From NCBI RefSeq assembly GCF_018977255.1, contig NW_024704743.1, forward strand, positions 37,450,001 to 37,514,000: DNA of 64,000 nt, in the 5' to 3' direction. This DNA comes from Callorhinchus milii (lineage: Eukaryota). The position numbers and the translations under genes were made by a program. Numbering within the stretch: position 1 is the stretch's first letter; the number at the start of each line of letters is the position of its first letter. This document shows positions 1-11,420 of this stretch, one piece after another. The notes beneath the pieces were generated by a model, which ran no database searches, had not been told where the DNA came from, and was given only the letters and a program-made list of their open reading frames with translations.

Positions 1-299
1 TTGCATTCTGTTTGACGATTGAACACCAGGCTGTGTTGCTATGCACATTGCAATGACAACTGTCCCCAAGGCACTTTGAGGAACTATTCATAGTACAGTA
101 AACAGTCATCGACAAGGAGGAAACCTACCACACCAAGCCAAATTTCCATAAAAGAACTTGTAAAGGAGACTTGTGTAAATCACTCATGAAGTGGACTTTG
201 TTACAAATGAATTATATGGTCTCCTTTATTCATGGAATAAACATTGGGTTTAACATCCTAGGGGCAGAAATTCCATTTGATGTCCTACAATACAATTTA

Positions 300-660
300 T
301 ATTTATATAGCAGCCTTCACGTCAGGAGGACATCTCAAAAGTTCACTTAAAGTGTCAGATGGGCACCGAGCTGGGGTTGGCAACTGAGGGGAGGGAAGAG
401 AAGTATGACTGAAGGCATGGTCAAAGTGGTACATTTTTGAGGTGTGCTTTGAAAGGAGGGAGGGAGGGAGGAAGTCGAAGGGATTCTGGGAGGGGGAGTT
501 CCAAAGATGAGGGCAGAATGACTCGAATCCCACCTGTCGTTGTGGGCTGGACTCAGTGGGGAAGATGAAGCATGGCGGAGCTCACTGAGCAAAGGGAAGA
601 ACTGGGTTGGGAGGGTTGAAGGAGATCACAGAGGTAGGGTTGGACGAGATTGTGGAGGTA
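300..660 (-). mobile_element. L2 LINE 3' fragment (old)
   Basis: Reverse complement of the L2 3' end (…ccttcacgtcaggaggacatctcaaa…) plus degenerate ORF2 C-terminus (PHLWNSP), matching other L2 copies in the window. Confidence 0.75.
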
Positions 661-664
661 TTTA

Positions 665-858
665 CAAAGAAAATACAGCAAGGAAACAGGCCATTCAGCC
701 CAACAAGTTCACGCTGGTGTTTATGCTCCACGTGAATCTCCACCTACTCCTTACTCTTTCCCATACTCATCTGTTCTCCTCTCCCTCATTTGAAAGTCTA
801 GCTTCCTCTTAAAATACATCTATACCATCTGATTCAATTACTGCTTCAGTCGGTGAGT
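665..858 (-). mobile_element. CR1 LINE 3' end fragment
   Basis: 'aacaggccattcagcccaacaagttcacgctggtgtttatgctccac' is the reverse complement of the CR1 3' end seen at 53940-54020. Confidence 0.6.
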
Positions 859-2290
859 TGATTGTAACGATCTTGAATTTGATATGCTGTGGAATAGGGA
901 GCCAATGTAGTTAAGTAAGGTTGGAGGTGATAGGCTCAGGGAGCCTAGTTTGGGAAAGGATATGTGCTACAGAATTCTGGATGGTCTGCAGCTTGTGCAG
1001 GGAAGCGCTGGCGAGTATGGTGATCAGAGCATTGGTGTACTCCAGCCTAGTCTTGAGGCATGGGTGAAGGCTGAGGCGGGAGCTGGCGGCCAAGTTGGGC
1101 AATGTGTCAGAGGTGAGAGAGAGTTAGGGTCAGAGCACAGCTGTAGGGTTTGAAAAGCAGTTGGGAGTCAAACAAGACATGGTTGCATACATACTCGCTT
1201 TGCAAGCGAGAGACCTGAGTTCAATTCCAGGCAGAGCGAAAGCTTGGGCAAGTTTCCTTACTCCACACAGAGCCGAATAATAATCCCTCCAAAACCAAAA
1301 ACAATAATAAATTGGTCATTTTCAATCTACGATGGTTTGTGGGACATTGCTGTGCGCAATTGGCTGCCGCGTTCGCCCACAAATATACAGTCAATTCACT
1401 TTACAGTATATTCTGTGAAGCGTTTTGGGACGTCCTCCCGACGTGAAAAGTGCTATATCAAATGCAATGATTATTATTATTATTATTATACCAGCTGCAT
1501 GAGCTGGAGCTTGCATCTACATAGATTGATGTTGTCAGCGCCTGTGGTGAGAAGGCGCTGCTGGCAGCTAAGCAGGAGAGCCTCTCTCTTGTTGACATTC
1601 AATTGGAGAAAGTTAGAGCTCACTCAGGACTTGATGTGTAGCATGCAGTTGGTCAGAACAGTAGTGGTCTTGGGATCAAGGGTGGAGGCAGATATCCAGA
1701 TGGGTGTCATGAACTGTAAGAGTAAAACCAGGTTAGGACAGAACCCTGAAGGTGAAGCGGTGGAGAAGGATAGTGACAGTGTGGAAGCCACAGACTGAGA
1801 AGAACAAGGAAGGATGACTGATCAGGTCAGTCACAGTACTGTGAACTGGGTGAAGACTGGATTGAAGAGTTTTATGCAGGGAATGTTAGGAAAGGAAAGA
1901 GAGAAAGCAACGTCTCATTCCTGTATCTTGAAAAGGGAAGGCAGTTAGATACAACAGTAATTTGAGAACATGGAAGGGTTGAAGGAGATTTTTGGAGAAA
2001 AGGGGTGACATTTTAAATGAAGTTTTCAACAAGTTTTTCCTTCAGTTTTGAAGGAAGTGGGAACTGTGCCAGTCGAGAGAAGAGGTGACAGGGACACAAG
2101 TAGGTGGGGCAAGGAAGTGAAGCTGGGAAGTCATGACGGAGGCAGGGATGGGGATGAGGGAATATGTGATGGGTTTCATGTAGGAGATGAGAAAGGAGAG
2201 GGATGAAGGAGAGATGAGGTCAAAGGTGTAGATAGAGGCTGGAGGGAAGGTGGTGGGGGTGGGGTGGGGGGTGACAGAGGTAGGGGTAGC
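859..2290 (-). mobile_element. Fragmented L2 ORF2, interrupted by a SINE at 1193-1490
   Basis: Minus strand translates to L2 RT C-terminal motifs (TRLEYTNAL, LHKLQTIQNSVAH, NFLQLNVNK); purine-rich upstream remnants continue to ~2290. Confidence 0.7.
1193..1490 (+). mobile_element. tRNA-Ala/CORE/Deu SINE, young short subfamily (5'-truncated)
   Basis: Near-identical to 32711-33030 and 35127-35450; B box GAGTTCAATTCC; L2-type tail; (ATT)n end. Confidence 0.9.
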
Positions 2291-2702
2291 ATGACAGATT
2301 CACTTGATTTTTATGGAAATAATATTCAACATTTACTATTACATTATGTTTCTGGGCAAATGTATCTGCTGATGGGAATTTCAAATCTGAGACCAAATAG
2401 TTGTGGAAAGCGAGCGGAAGTGAAAGCTGCCCCACTTGTAATTCCAAGGATGAAAATTGTAATGTGTGACATGGTAATATTACTAACTAGCATTTTCTTT
2501 GGGAAAAAAAGAAACCCAATAATGGTAATCACACTGGCTGTTTCCTGTGTGTACTGGAGACAGACTGTCTTCCCCCATGACCTGTTGGCAATGGTTGCTC
2601 TCAGAAGCCAGCTGTTTGGCTCAAAGATCGTGGGATTGCACTGCTGGTCAGTGCGGTGCTGCCTTACTTAAACAAACAAAATCAGAGTTAATCCACGATC
2701 TT

Positions 2703-2975
2703 CCAACAACAACAACAACTTGCATTTATATATTTCCCCTCACACAGGTTAGCGTCCCAGAGCACTTGACGGAGGCGGAGCACGATGCCGAGCTGGAGGG
2801 AGGGGGAGGTGACTGGGAGGTGACATGGTCGAAAAGGAGCGACCTGAAGATGGGGAAGGAAGGGGCAAGGGGGAAGGATTGATGGAGAGTGTTCCAATGG
2901 GTGAGAGCGTAGAGGTAGGGAGGTGCCAGGGCATGAAAGAATTTGAAGATGATTGTGAGGATCTTGAAATCCTAA
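2703..2975 (-). mobile_element. L2 LINE 3' fragment
   Basis: (CAA)n tail followed by reverse-complement L2 3' UTR and ORF2 end. Confidence 0.7.
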
Positions 2976-3179
2976 CTAGGAATGTGCAAGCCAAAAGTCT
3001 AAAACATGGCTCATCCAGATCCTGGACTCAGTTTTTTAAAGGATATTGTCCGGTGAGGGGTGGGGAGGAGAGGAGAATGTGTCTGCAGCATACCCACAGA
3101 ACAGTTGATTTCTTAAAGTTGCTCCTTTCATGGCAACATGTTCAGGGCAATGTGGCTTCTTTCAGCATGTGTTATTTAT

Positions 3180-3730
3180 AACCAGCACTCTATACAACTG
3201 TAACAGCACTTTGTTGCCATTATTTTCCTTTGTTTAAAAAGCTCAGTATTACATTAGCCTTTCTGATTGTTTCCTGCAGCTACAAACTAATTTTTAATAA
3301 CTTATATACTTAGATCCCTAAATTTCTTTGTTCGTATATCCTTTCACCCTTCAAGCTTCCTATTTAGTATGTATTCCTGTGCACCAACTGCCTCACATGT
3401 TGATATGTTGAACTCCATCTGCCACAGCTTCACCCACTTGCTCAATCAATCAATCTATGTCCCTCTGCAATACTCAACTTTCTTCACAATTTACTATATC
3501 TTCTATCCTCCATCTTGATGCCATCAGCAAACATGGATATAATTCCCTCTATTCCTATATCTAGGTCATTTATATTTAACTTGAAGAGATGGAGCCCAGC
3601 AATGATCCTGGAGAAACTCCACTTGGCACTATCAACCAGTCAGAGAATGTCTACCAGATCACAACTGTGCCTTCTGCCTCCAAGCAATTTCCTACCCAAG
3701 GCCAAATATTGCCTCCAATTCCAACTAGTC
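3180..3730 (-). mobile_element. CR1 ORF2 (reverse transcriptase) decayed fragment
   Basis: Minus strand gives degenerate SGVSPGSLLG and MFADGIK (FADD) motifs and the later KANxILxF…LYRVL segment. Confidence 0.7.
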
Positions 3731-3799
3731 TATATTTTTGTTCTAAAGCCCATCCCACGAATTGAATTGAAACCAGAAGGGCAGGCTTGATGTTGTAAT

Positions 3800-4125
3800 G
3801 GATGGAGCTGTAACTTACAGACTAGGACCTCGCTGGTTCAAATCCCAGTCTAGGCTGAGTTTTCTGGAGTTTGTGATTATATTTAGAACTTCCAGGCTCC
3901 TTAGGGTTAGGGAAAGGAAAACAAGCCAGGGTTCCTGATCCTGGTCCCTCTCCAGCTCCCTCTACTTGCGGTGTGTGTATGTGGCAGCCAGGTGGAGAGA
4001 GGTCAAGTGACCTGGCCTGATCTGATGGACATTTTCTGACTGGTTGATGGTGCCAATGTTCACACATGAACAGTAGCCTCTTGGGCAGAGTTCCTGTGGC
4101 CATGGAATTGCACATCAGCAACAGA
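3800..4125 (+). mobile_element. Second, older tRNA-derived SINE family
   Basis: B-box-like GGTTCAAATCCC then 'aagccagggttcctgatcctg…cacacatgaa'; related minus-strand pieces at ~9730-9850, ~12540-12930 and ~29430-30000. Confidence 0.5.
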
Positions 4126-4147
4126 AGTCTTGTAGCATATTGGTTAG

Positions 4148-4483
4148 AGTCTTGTAGTGGATTGGTTAGAGCACTCGCTTCGCAAGTGAGAAGACCTGTG
4201 TAAAATGTTAGGCAAGTTTCCTTGCTCCACACACCTCTATTTATCCAGCAATAAGTAAGAACCCAGTTGTTAGTTGTTGGCAGATCGCTTTCTGAGGGTA
4301 ATAATCCCTTTTTTAAAAAAAAGTCACTCAATCTATGACTGCTGTGTGCAATTGGCTGCCGTGTTTCGCCCACAAAATATACAGTCAATTAACTTTACAG
4401 TATATTCGGTGAAGTGCTTTGAGATGTCTTAAAGACGTGACAAGGAACTATATCAAATGCAAGGATTTTTCTCATTATTATTA
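4148..4483 (+). mobile_element. tRNA-Ala/CORE/Deu SINE, old long subfamily
   Basis: Keeps the internal '…cctctatttatccagcaataagtaagaacccagttgttag…gatcgct' block; old-type tail gagatgtcttaaagacgtgacaagg. Confidence 0.85.
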
Positions 4484-5274
4484 CTGTCATTAGAAGGCCC
4501 CAAGGCGCTTATGCATATGCCACTGGGGAGAAAATAAGAAAAATAATGAACACGCTTTTTTTTAATATATATATGTAAACATTTAATAAAAATTAAAAAT
4601 GTTGACTTTTCTCCGCTGTCAAGATTTCTTAAAGCATAAAATGTTTTGTTTTATACACGGTCTTGCCATAATTTAGCTTGGCTGTCCCAACTTCTGTTAG
4701 ACAAAAATTTTACTCCACAGTTCAGGGCTACGCTCATTCCTAAGCTCATGGGTATTTTGTTGTGTAAGGCTTGTTATAAAAAGTAATTTAGCAAGGACAA
4801 CCGAAACATTCTGCAACTGTTTTTCTTGGACAGCAAAAGTATGAAGCTTTTTTTTAATATTGTGAGCATATTGAGTGCTCACAAGTTTTTCCTTGTTATT
4901 GTTAATTTGAAATTTTGTCTGCCCTTTGATTCAAGTGGACATAAAGGGACTATGACTGTCCTCTTGGTAGTTTTTCTCCTGGTTCTCTTGTGGTATATTT
5001 ATCCCTTAATCTAAATCCATTCTCATATTCAAATGCATTTGTTGCTCTGCTCCTTCAAATGAGACGTTAGACCAAATCTGCCTGTTCAGGTGGATGTTGA
5101 AGATGCAATGCGCAATTGGCGGCCGTGTTTTGCCCACAAAATTCACAGTCAATCCACTTTACAATATTCAAAAGGCAAAATACTGCAGATGCCCGAAATC
5201 TGATTTAAAACAGAAGACACTGGGAACATGCAGCAGGCCAGGCGGCATCTATGGAGAGAGGAAATTTGGACAGG

Positions 5275-5640
5275 AGCTGAGGTGGGTGGCTTTCATCTTG
5301 TCTGTGTTTAGCTGAGTGAAATGAAGGCGTATCCACAGTTGATGTCTGACAGACAGGTGATCAAACCATCAATGGACATGGAATCAAGGATAGAAGTAGA
5401 GAGGTAGATTTGGGTCTTATTCACATACATATAAAAACTGACCTCATGTTTGCAGATGTTATCACAAAGGGGGAGCGTGTAGATTAGGAAAAGGAGGGGA
5501 GTGAGGATAGAGTCCTGAGGTACATCGCAGATTGAAAGGAGAAGATATCAGAGTGAACAAAATGAAGGTGATAGGTTAAGGAGGTTTGGAAGCGTGGAAG
5601 GTTTGGAACCAGGAAAGTGCAGGCCCAGGTCTGGGGTAGA
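5275..5640 (-). mobile_element. L2 ORF2 fragment (old)
   Basis: Degenerate PQDSILS…LPLCDNI…HEVSFYMYVNKTQIY on the minus strand (YADDTQLY region). Confidence 0.65.
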
Positions 5641-5940
5641 CACTGTGCATTTGGACTCTGACCAAATTCAACCATCAACTGTACTCTGAGTGACACACAC
5701 AAATGCTTTGTTGTTACCAATACAGATTTCAACAGCACAGATCCTCGACAGCCACTCACTTTGTCACTAGTCAGGAGGACTGGGTAGGAGAGAATAAACC
5801 AGTCTCCTGATGGAAAAGCTGCCCCATGTCACTATGTACTTGGAATAAAATGGTTGAATAGTTTGAGATAGTAACAGTGTTTAATGCTGTGAATAGCCCA
5901 GGCAATGGTTGCTTTTGCCTTCTCCCAGGAAGCCAGCTTT

Positions 5941-7480
5941 AAACAACAACAACAAAATTACATTTATAGACCACCTTTCACATCGGGAGGACGTCCCAAA
6001 GCGCTGAACAGTCAGGTGTCGGGCCACGAACGTGGGGGAGGGGTGGTGTAGGGGTGAGGGAAGGCAGAGAGGTGGGAGGATGACCAAAGGCACAGTCGAA
6101 GAGAAAGGTCTTCAGACCGGCCTTGAAGGTGGCAAGGGAGGAAGCGAGGCGAAGGGACTGGGGTGGAGTTCAAGAGCATGGGGGCAGAGAGGCTAAAAGC
6201 CCGGCCACCGATGGTAGGACGGGTCGGGTGGGAGACATGGAGCAGGCTGGAGCCCGCTGAACGGAGGGAGCGGGCAGGTTGGTAGGGAGTCAGCAGGTCA
6301 GAGAGGTAGGAGCGGGCAAGGCCATGGATGTCCTTAAAAGTGAGGATGAGGTATCTTGAACTCGATCTTCTGGGGGATGGGGGGCCAGTAGAGTCGGGCA
6401 AGGGTGAGAGTGATGGGGTCACGGAGCCTGGTGCATGAGAGTACACGAGCTGCAGAGTTTTGGATGATCTGCAGCTTGTGAAGGGAAGAGTTGGGAAGGC
6501 CGATGAGGAGGGCGTTCCTGTAATCAAGCCTTGATGTGACGAATGCGTGGGTGAGGGTTTCTGCAGCCTGAGGCAGTGGCGGAGTCTAGCAATGTTGCGG
6601 AGGTGGTGGTAGGCAGTGCAGGTCATGGCGCGGTTGTGGGGGAGAGAGGACAGTTCAGGGTCAAACAAGATACCCAGGTTCCTGACTGGCTCAGTGAGGT
6701 TGAGTGTGCAGCTGTGGAGGCTGATGCTGCCAGCGCCTGAGGTGCGGAGGCGCTGGCGCGAGCCAATCAGGAAGGCCTCGGTCTTGCTGGCGTTGAGTTG
6801 GAGAAAGTTGGCCCTTGTCCAGGACTTGATGTCAGACAGGCAGTCGGTCAGGACGCCAGTAGTCCTGGAGTTCAGGGTGGAGGCAGAGAAATAGTTGAGT
6901 GTCATCCGCATACATGTGGAAATTTACCCCATGTCTGCGGATGATATCACCAAGTGGGAGCATGTAGAGGGTGAAGAGGAGGGGACTGAGGACAGAGCCC
7001 TGAGGAATACCACACGAGACGATCCAGGGGCTGGAGGAAAAGCCGTTTGCCGGGACAAAGTGGAGGCGGTGTGAAAGATGGAGCCGGTTGGTGGTGGAGA
7101 ACAGGAGCCTGGGGTTGCCTTTCGCCTCCAGGATTAACCTGGAGTAGAAGGCCGATTTGGTTGAGACAAGAGCAGAGCGGTAGTTCTTGATGAGGTCCAA
7201 CCAGATTTGCCGGTGGACCATTAGGCTGGATTTGAGCCAAGCGAGTTCGGCAGACCGCACCTGGCCCTTAAGCGAGCGGAGGTGGCTGGTGAACCAGGGT
7301 GAGGATCGGGAATAGGAGGCAGTTCGGGAGGTGAGGGGGGCAAGGACGTTGAGTGTGGTGGAGAGGGTACTGTGGAGAAGAGTAAGCGCAACGAGTGGAT
7401 TGGTGCGAGAGGTGGGCCAGAGGGCGAGGAGTTCAGAGGACTCCAGGGCAAGGGAGAGGGATTGCGGGGAGATCTTCCTC
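5941..7480 (-). mobile_element. L2 LINE, 5'-truncated and internally deleted, relatively young
   Basis: ORF2 motifs [34 protein letters not shown]; hairpin tail with (TTG)n; frameshifts; jump from STTNRL to HLSHRLHF near 7085. Confidence 0.92.
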
Positions 7481-8299
7481 CACGAGCTCAGCCGTCTGAC
7501 ACAAACTACAATTTATCTGCTTCAGCAGAGTTTCCATATTTCATCTCCTATAAAGCACAGAATATCCTCAAGTGTACATTTAAGATGTAAGAGTGTGATG
7601 TTAATATAAACCATTAACTACAAGCTAAAGAAACTGTCAGTCCATCTAAACAACAACAACTTGCATTTATATAACACATTTCATGTAGGGTAGCACCTTG
7701 AAGTGCTTCAAACCTCTTCTCAGTAATTTATTTCAATTTGAGATTTCCCACTGTGGCTAATTATAGGGATTGAGCTCTGCCATTTGAAATCAACCTGCTT
7801 TAATTCTCTGTGTAATTCTATGTATGCCTAACCCTCTTGTCCGGGCCATGACTTAATGAGCAAGTTTGAACTGACCCTACTGATCCCTGTGAATGATGGT
7901 AGCTATGAGAATTATAGCTCTCTATATAAATTGGGGCATTTATAGCATTCACTAATTATTATCTTTGAATTTGTTATTATTATAATGATAATCTTTGCCT
8001 TTGATTTAGTGCCTTTCATTTCAGGAGGACATCTCAAAGTGCTTCACAGAACGCGCTGTAAAGGATAGTGATTGTATTTTGTAGACAAATTTAAAAGGAA
8101 ATGCAAATACTGCAGCAGAATTAAGAGGCCTAGTTTATCTAATCGTTGCTTATAGCTCATTTTTCTAAAATTTTTCTGATCATCCTCGTTGCTCTCCTAC
8201 AGGGCCTGAGCAACCCCTTTATGTTGCTAATTCTAAACGCTCTGAGACGCTGCCCGGCATGGAGGGCGCTACAAAAATGCAAGTTGTTGTTTTGTTGCA

Positions 8300-8630
8300 A
8301 TTTCTTCTCCCCTTTGTTTTGCATTATTAATACCTCTATTCCCCTGTTTTGTTGCAATCCCCCTTTTGTTTTGCATCATTAACACCTCTTTAACCCATCA
8401 TGCCCTGTCCTCTACCCCATTTTCTCCTTTGTCTTCCTTGCCTTGCCCACCCCCTCTCTGTTAGCCCTTAAAAGCCTCTCTCTCCCAACATGCCCCAGTT
8501 CTGGCTAAGGGTGGTGACCGAAACGTTAACTCACTTTCCCTTCTCCATAGATGCTGCCTGACCTGCTGAGTGTTCCCAGGGACTTCTGTTTTTCTTTCAG
8601 ATTTCCAGCATTTGAGGTATTTGGTGTTTT
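8300..8630 (+). mobile_element. Penelope-like element terminal region
   Basis: 'gaaacgttaactc…gatgctgcctgacctgctgagtg…ttcagatttccagca'; inverted copy at ~5172-5262; resembles a very common chondrichthyan repeat end. Class assignment is from memory. Confidence 0.5.
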
Positions 8631-8924
8631 ATAGGAAGGTAGGGACTGGTCTGGAAGAAGACACTCAACCCATTGAAGAACAAAAATCCAATAAAATACC
8701 CAGAACAATAAATGAAGAATGATTAAAAATGGAAATCTATGAAGTAAGTTGTGTCACCACTTAGTTGTACTAAAAGAGACATAAAGAAGCCATATTTTCA
8801 GAAAGTTGAAGGAAACAAGATTTAGTAAGCTTTAGTAAGTCAGTGATACTGAGAGAAAGGAAGCTTGTGTCTACTCAGAGTGACAAATGTGAAGAAAGTT
8901 AACAAATTTAGAATAGGATTACTT

Positions 8925-9570
8925 TAGGAATACTATAGGGTAGATAGGGAGAAACTGTTTCCTCTGGTGGGTTGGTTCGTGAGCAGAGGACACAGATTTA
9001 AGATAATTGGTAAAAGAATCAGAGGGGAGATGAGATTTTTTTTACCCAGAGAATTGTTACAATCTGGAACACACCACTTGAAAGGATGGTGGAAGCAGAT
9101 TCGATGATAATAATAATAATCCTTGCATTTGATATAGCGCTTTTCACGTCGTCTAGATGTCCCAAAGCGCTTCACAGAATATACTGTAAAATGAATTGAC
9201 TGTATATTTGTGGGCGAACGCAGCAGCCAATTGCGCACAGCAATGTCCCACAAACAGTCATGGATTGAAAATGACCAATTTATTATTGTTTGTGTTTTTA
9301 AGGAGGGATTATTATTAGGCGTGTGGAGTAAGGAAACTTGTCCAAGGTTTCGCCCTGCCTGGAATTGAACTCAGGTCTCTCACTTGCAAAGCGAGTACTC
9401 CACAGATAGTAGCTTTCAAAAGGGACTTGGATAGGGACTTGAAACAAAAAAAATTGCAGGTCTATGGGGTAAGAGCAGGGAAGTGGGGCTATTTGGATAG
9501 CTTTCAAAGAGCTGGCACAGGCATGATGGGCCAAATGGCTTCCTTCTGTGCTGTAAGATTCTATGTTACG
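8925..9570 (+). mobile_element. CR1 3' end, split by SINE 9107-9400
   Basis: RVDREKLFPLV…GHRFKIIGKR…FFTQRIVTIWN, resuming after the SINE with the CR1 3' UTR and ttctatg-type end. Confidence 0.8.
9107..9400 (-). mobile_element. tRNA-Ala/CORE/Deu SINE, short subfamily
   Basis: Reverse complement of the young consensus; intermediate tail loop gggacatctagacgacgtg. Confidence 0.9.
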
Positions 9571-10091
9571 AGAAAACAAGGAGTTAGGTTTACACGAATG
9601 GTGGAGGTCACAGATGTGAAGAAGGAACCTAGAGAGAGAAGGAGAAGAGCTTTGGAAGGTTGTAAATCAGAGGATGAACGATGAATTGCAACACTCATAG
9701 AGTAATCTGAGTGGAAATCGGATAACGATTATTCATGTGTGAGCCTTGACATTGAATGTTGGCAAGCTATTTGACTGTGGGGATTTCCAGCAGAGCCTGT
9801 GCTCATTCACTCATTGGATAGCAATCAGTCCTGGGAATCTGGTTGTTTTTTGACTCACTAACTGAACTATGGAATAGTTGCACTGCCAACATATTTCCTT
9901 CCACTGTGTTTTCCTTTTCTTTGCAAATTACTTTACTAATTTTCTGTCCAATGTCCCTGATTGACTAAAGTGAGTCTATGTACTGGGGATCCATGCTGAA
10001 GCCTTGTAAACAACCTAGAGCCAGCTGAATTTTAAAAAAATAGTATTCAAGGGTATGGAGAGTGCCACATTGTAAAAGTAAAAGCACAAGG

Positions 10092-10390
10092 TATTTTCTT
10101 TTGGTCAGACGCATGCGGAAACTCATTACCATGCTTAAATATCCAAACCAAGATGAGAATTCAATGCATCCCACCTAAACATGGAAATCCCAGAGATAGA
10201 TTGTTGGAATGGAATGTGCCCTCTCTCCCTGGAAGGACGCGGGAAAGAATTAGGTACAGGTTGGCAAGAGTCAAAGCTTGGGGGCCCCAGAGTGTGTGTT
10301 GGGGTACTGCTGGAGCCTAATTAGCTAAAACTGCTTGCCATTGATATTGTTGTCTGGCAAGCTTTCCTGCTGCTTGTCCAGCACAAAGTA
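10092..10390 (-). repeat. Unclassified A-tailed interspersed repeat (family X)
   Basis: T-run + GGTCAGA terminus and body matching 20768-21200 and the reverse complement of 54690-55147. Confidence 0.7.
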
Positions 10391-11051
10391 AAACACACAG
10401 ACTGAATTACAACTATTTCTGTAACATTGCCAGCAGTCCATGTTCTCTTTCTGTACAACTGAGCATTTGTGAAGCATCAACCCGATCTAATCTAGATTGG
10501 GATTTGGTTAGTTTGAAATCCTCATCCTGAATTCATCTGAATTTCATCTTTCTGGAAATTATTTTTCTCTCTAAAATATCAATTTATCTGTATTGGTAAT
10601 CTCACAACAAAGTATTTGCTGGGATTAGTCTGCAGTAATGAAAAATAAGGAAATGCCAACAGCCTCAGAGTAATCTTTGATCGCTGTAAACCTGCCTGTC
10701 TTGTCAGGTCCCAATTCTGGTGCTCAACCAAATGAACTGTATCTAATAACCTTCAGAAATGGAATGTAGGTTTGACTTATATGGTTACCGAACATGTGTT
10801 AGCATTCTATATTACACAGATGGAGCTGAGCTGATCCACAAAACCAAAGTGCTGTTTATATCCCACAGAGCACACACAGTTGGGCTACAGTTTCATAGCC
10901 AATTCTTGCCAAATAGCTGGTGGAATGTCTTTTTACGCTGTGACCAGTTACTAAGTAGAAAACCATGAGAAATTACCATTTGATTCATTATACCACTGTT
11001 TCGTGTGCCAATTTTAAAATTAATCTGGGGATCAGCTCCAGATTGTGAAAT

Positions 11052-11420
11052 TCCATAGATTAGTGGTTAGCATGATTGTACCACAAGTGAGAGGACCTGG
11101 ATTTGATTCCCAGGTAGAGCAAAGTCTTAGGCAATTTGCTTATTCCACACGCCTCTGTTTATCTTGCAGTAAGTAGGAATCTGGTTGTTAGTCAACTGGG
11201 GATCCCTTTCCAGGAGTAATAATCCCTCCAAAAAACCCAAAGTAACACAAGTAATTTGGCCATTCAATCCACAACTGTTTGTGTAACACTGCTGTGCGCA
11301 ATTCGGTGCTGCATTTCACCACAAAATACACAGTCAATCCACTTTACAATATATTCTTTGAAGCGCTCATCAATGTGATGAGATGCTCTATCAAATGCAA
11401 GGATTAAAATTATTATTATC
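11052..11420 (+). mobile_element. tRNA-Ala/CORE/Deu SINE, old long subfamily
   Basis: Full layout including the internal gcctctgtttatcttgcagtaagtaggaatc block; diverged. Confidence 0.85.

Noticed and set aside
1244..1798. Recurrent ORF 'IINWSFSI…RNWLPRSPTNIQSIHF…CKDYYYY' in many places
   Set aside because: Chance open frame in the young SINE consensus, not a gene family.
4701..4838. Possible exon with an open frame (TKILLHSSG…WTAK)
   Set aside because: Weak splice sites, phase incompatible with the next candidate, no homology.
6012..7260. Functional reverse transcriptase gene
   Set aside because: Frameshifted, truncated and internally deleted L2 ORF2; the same holds for 24543-25208 and 58404-59362.
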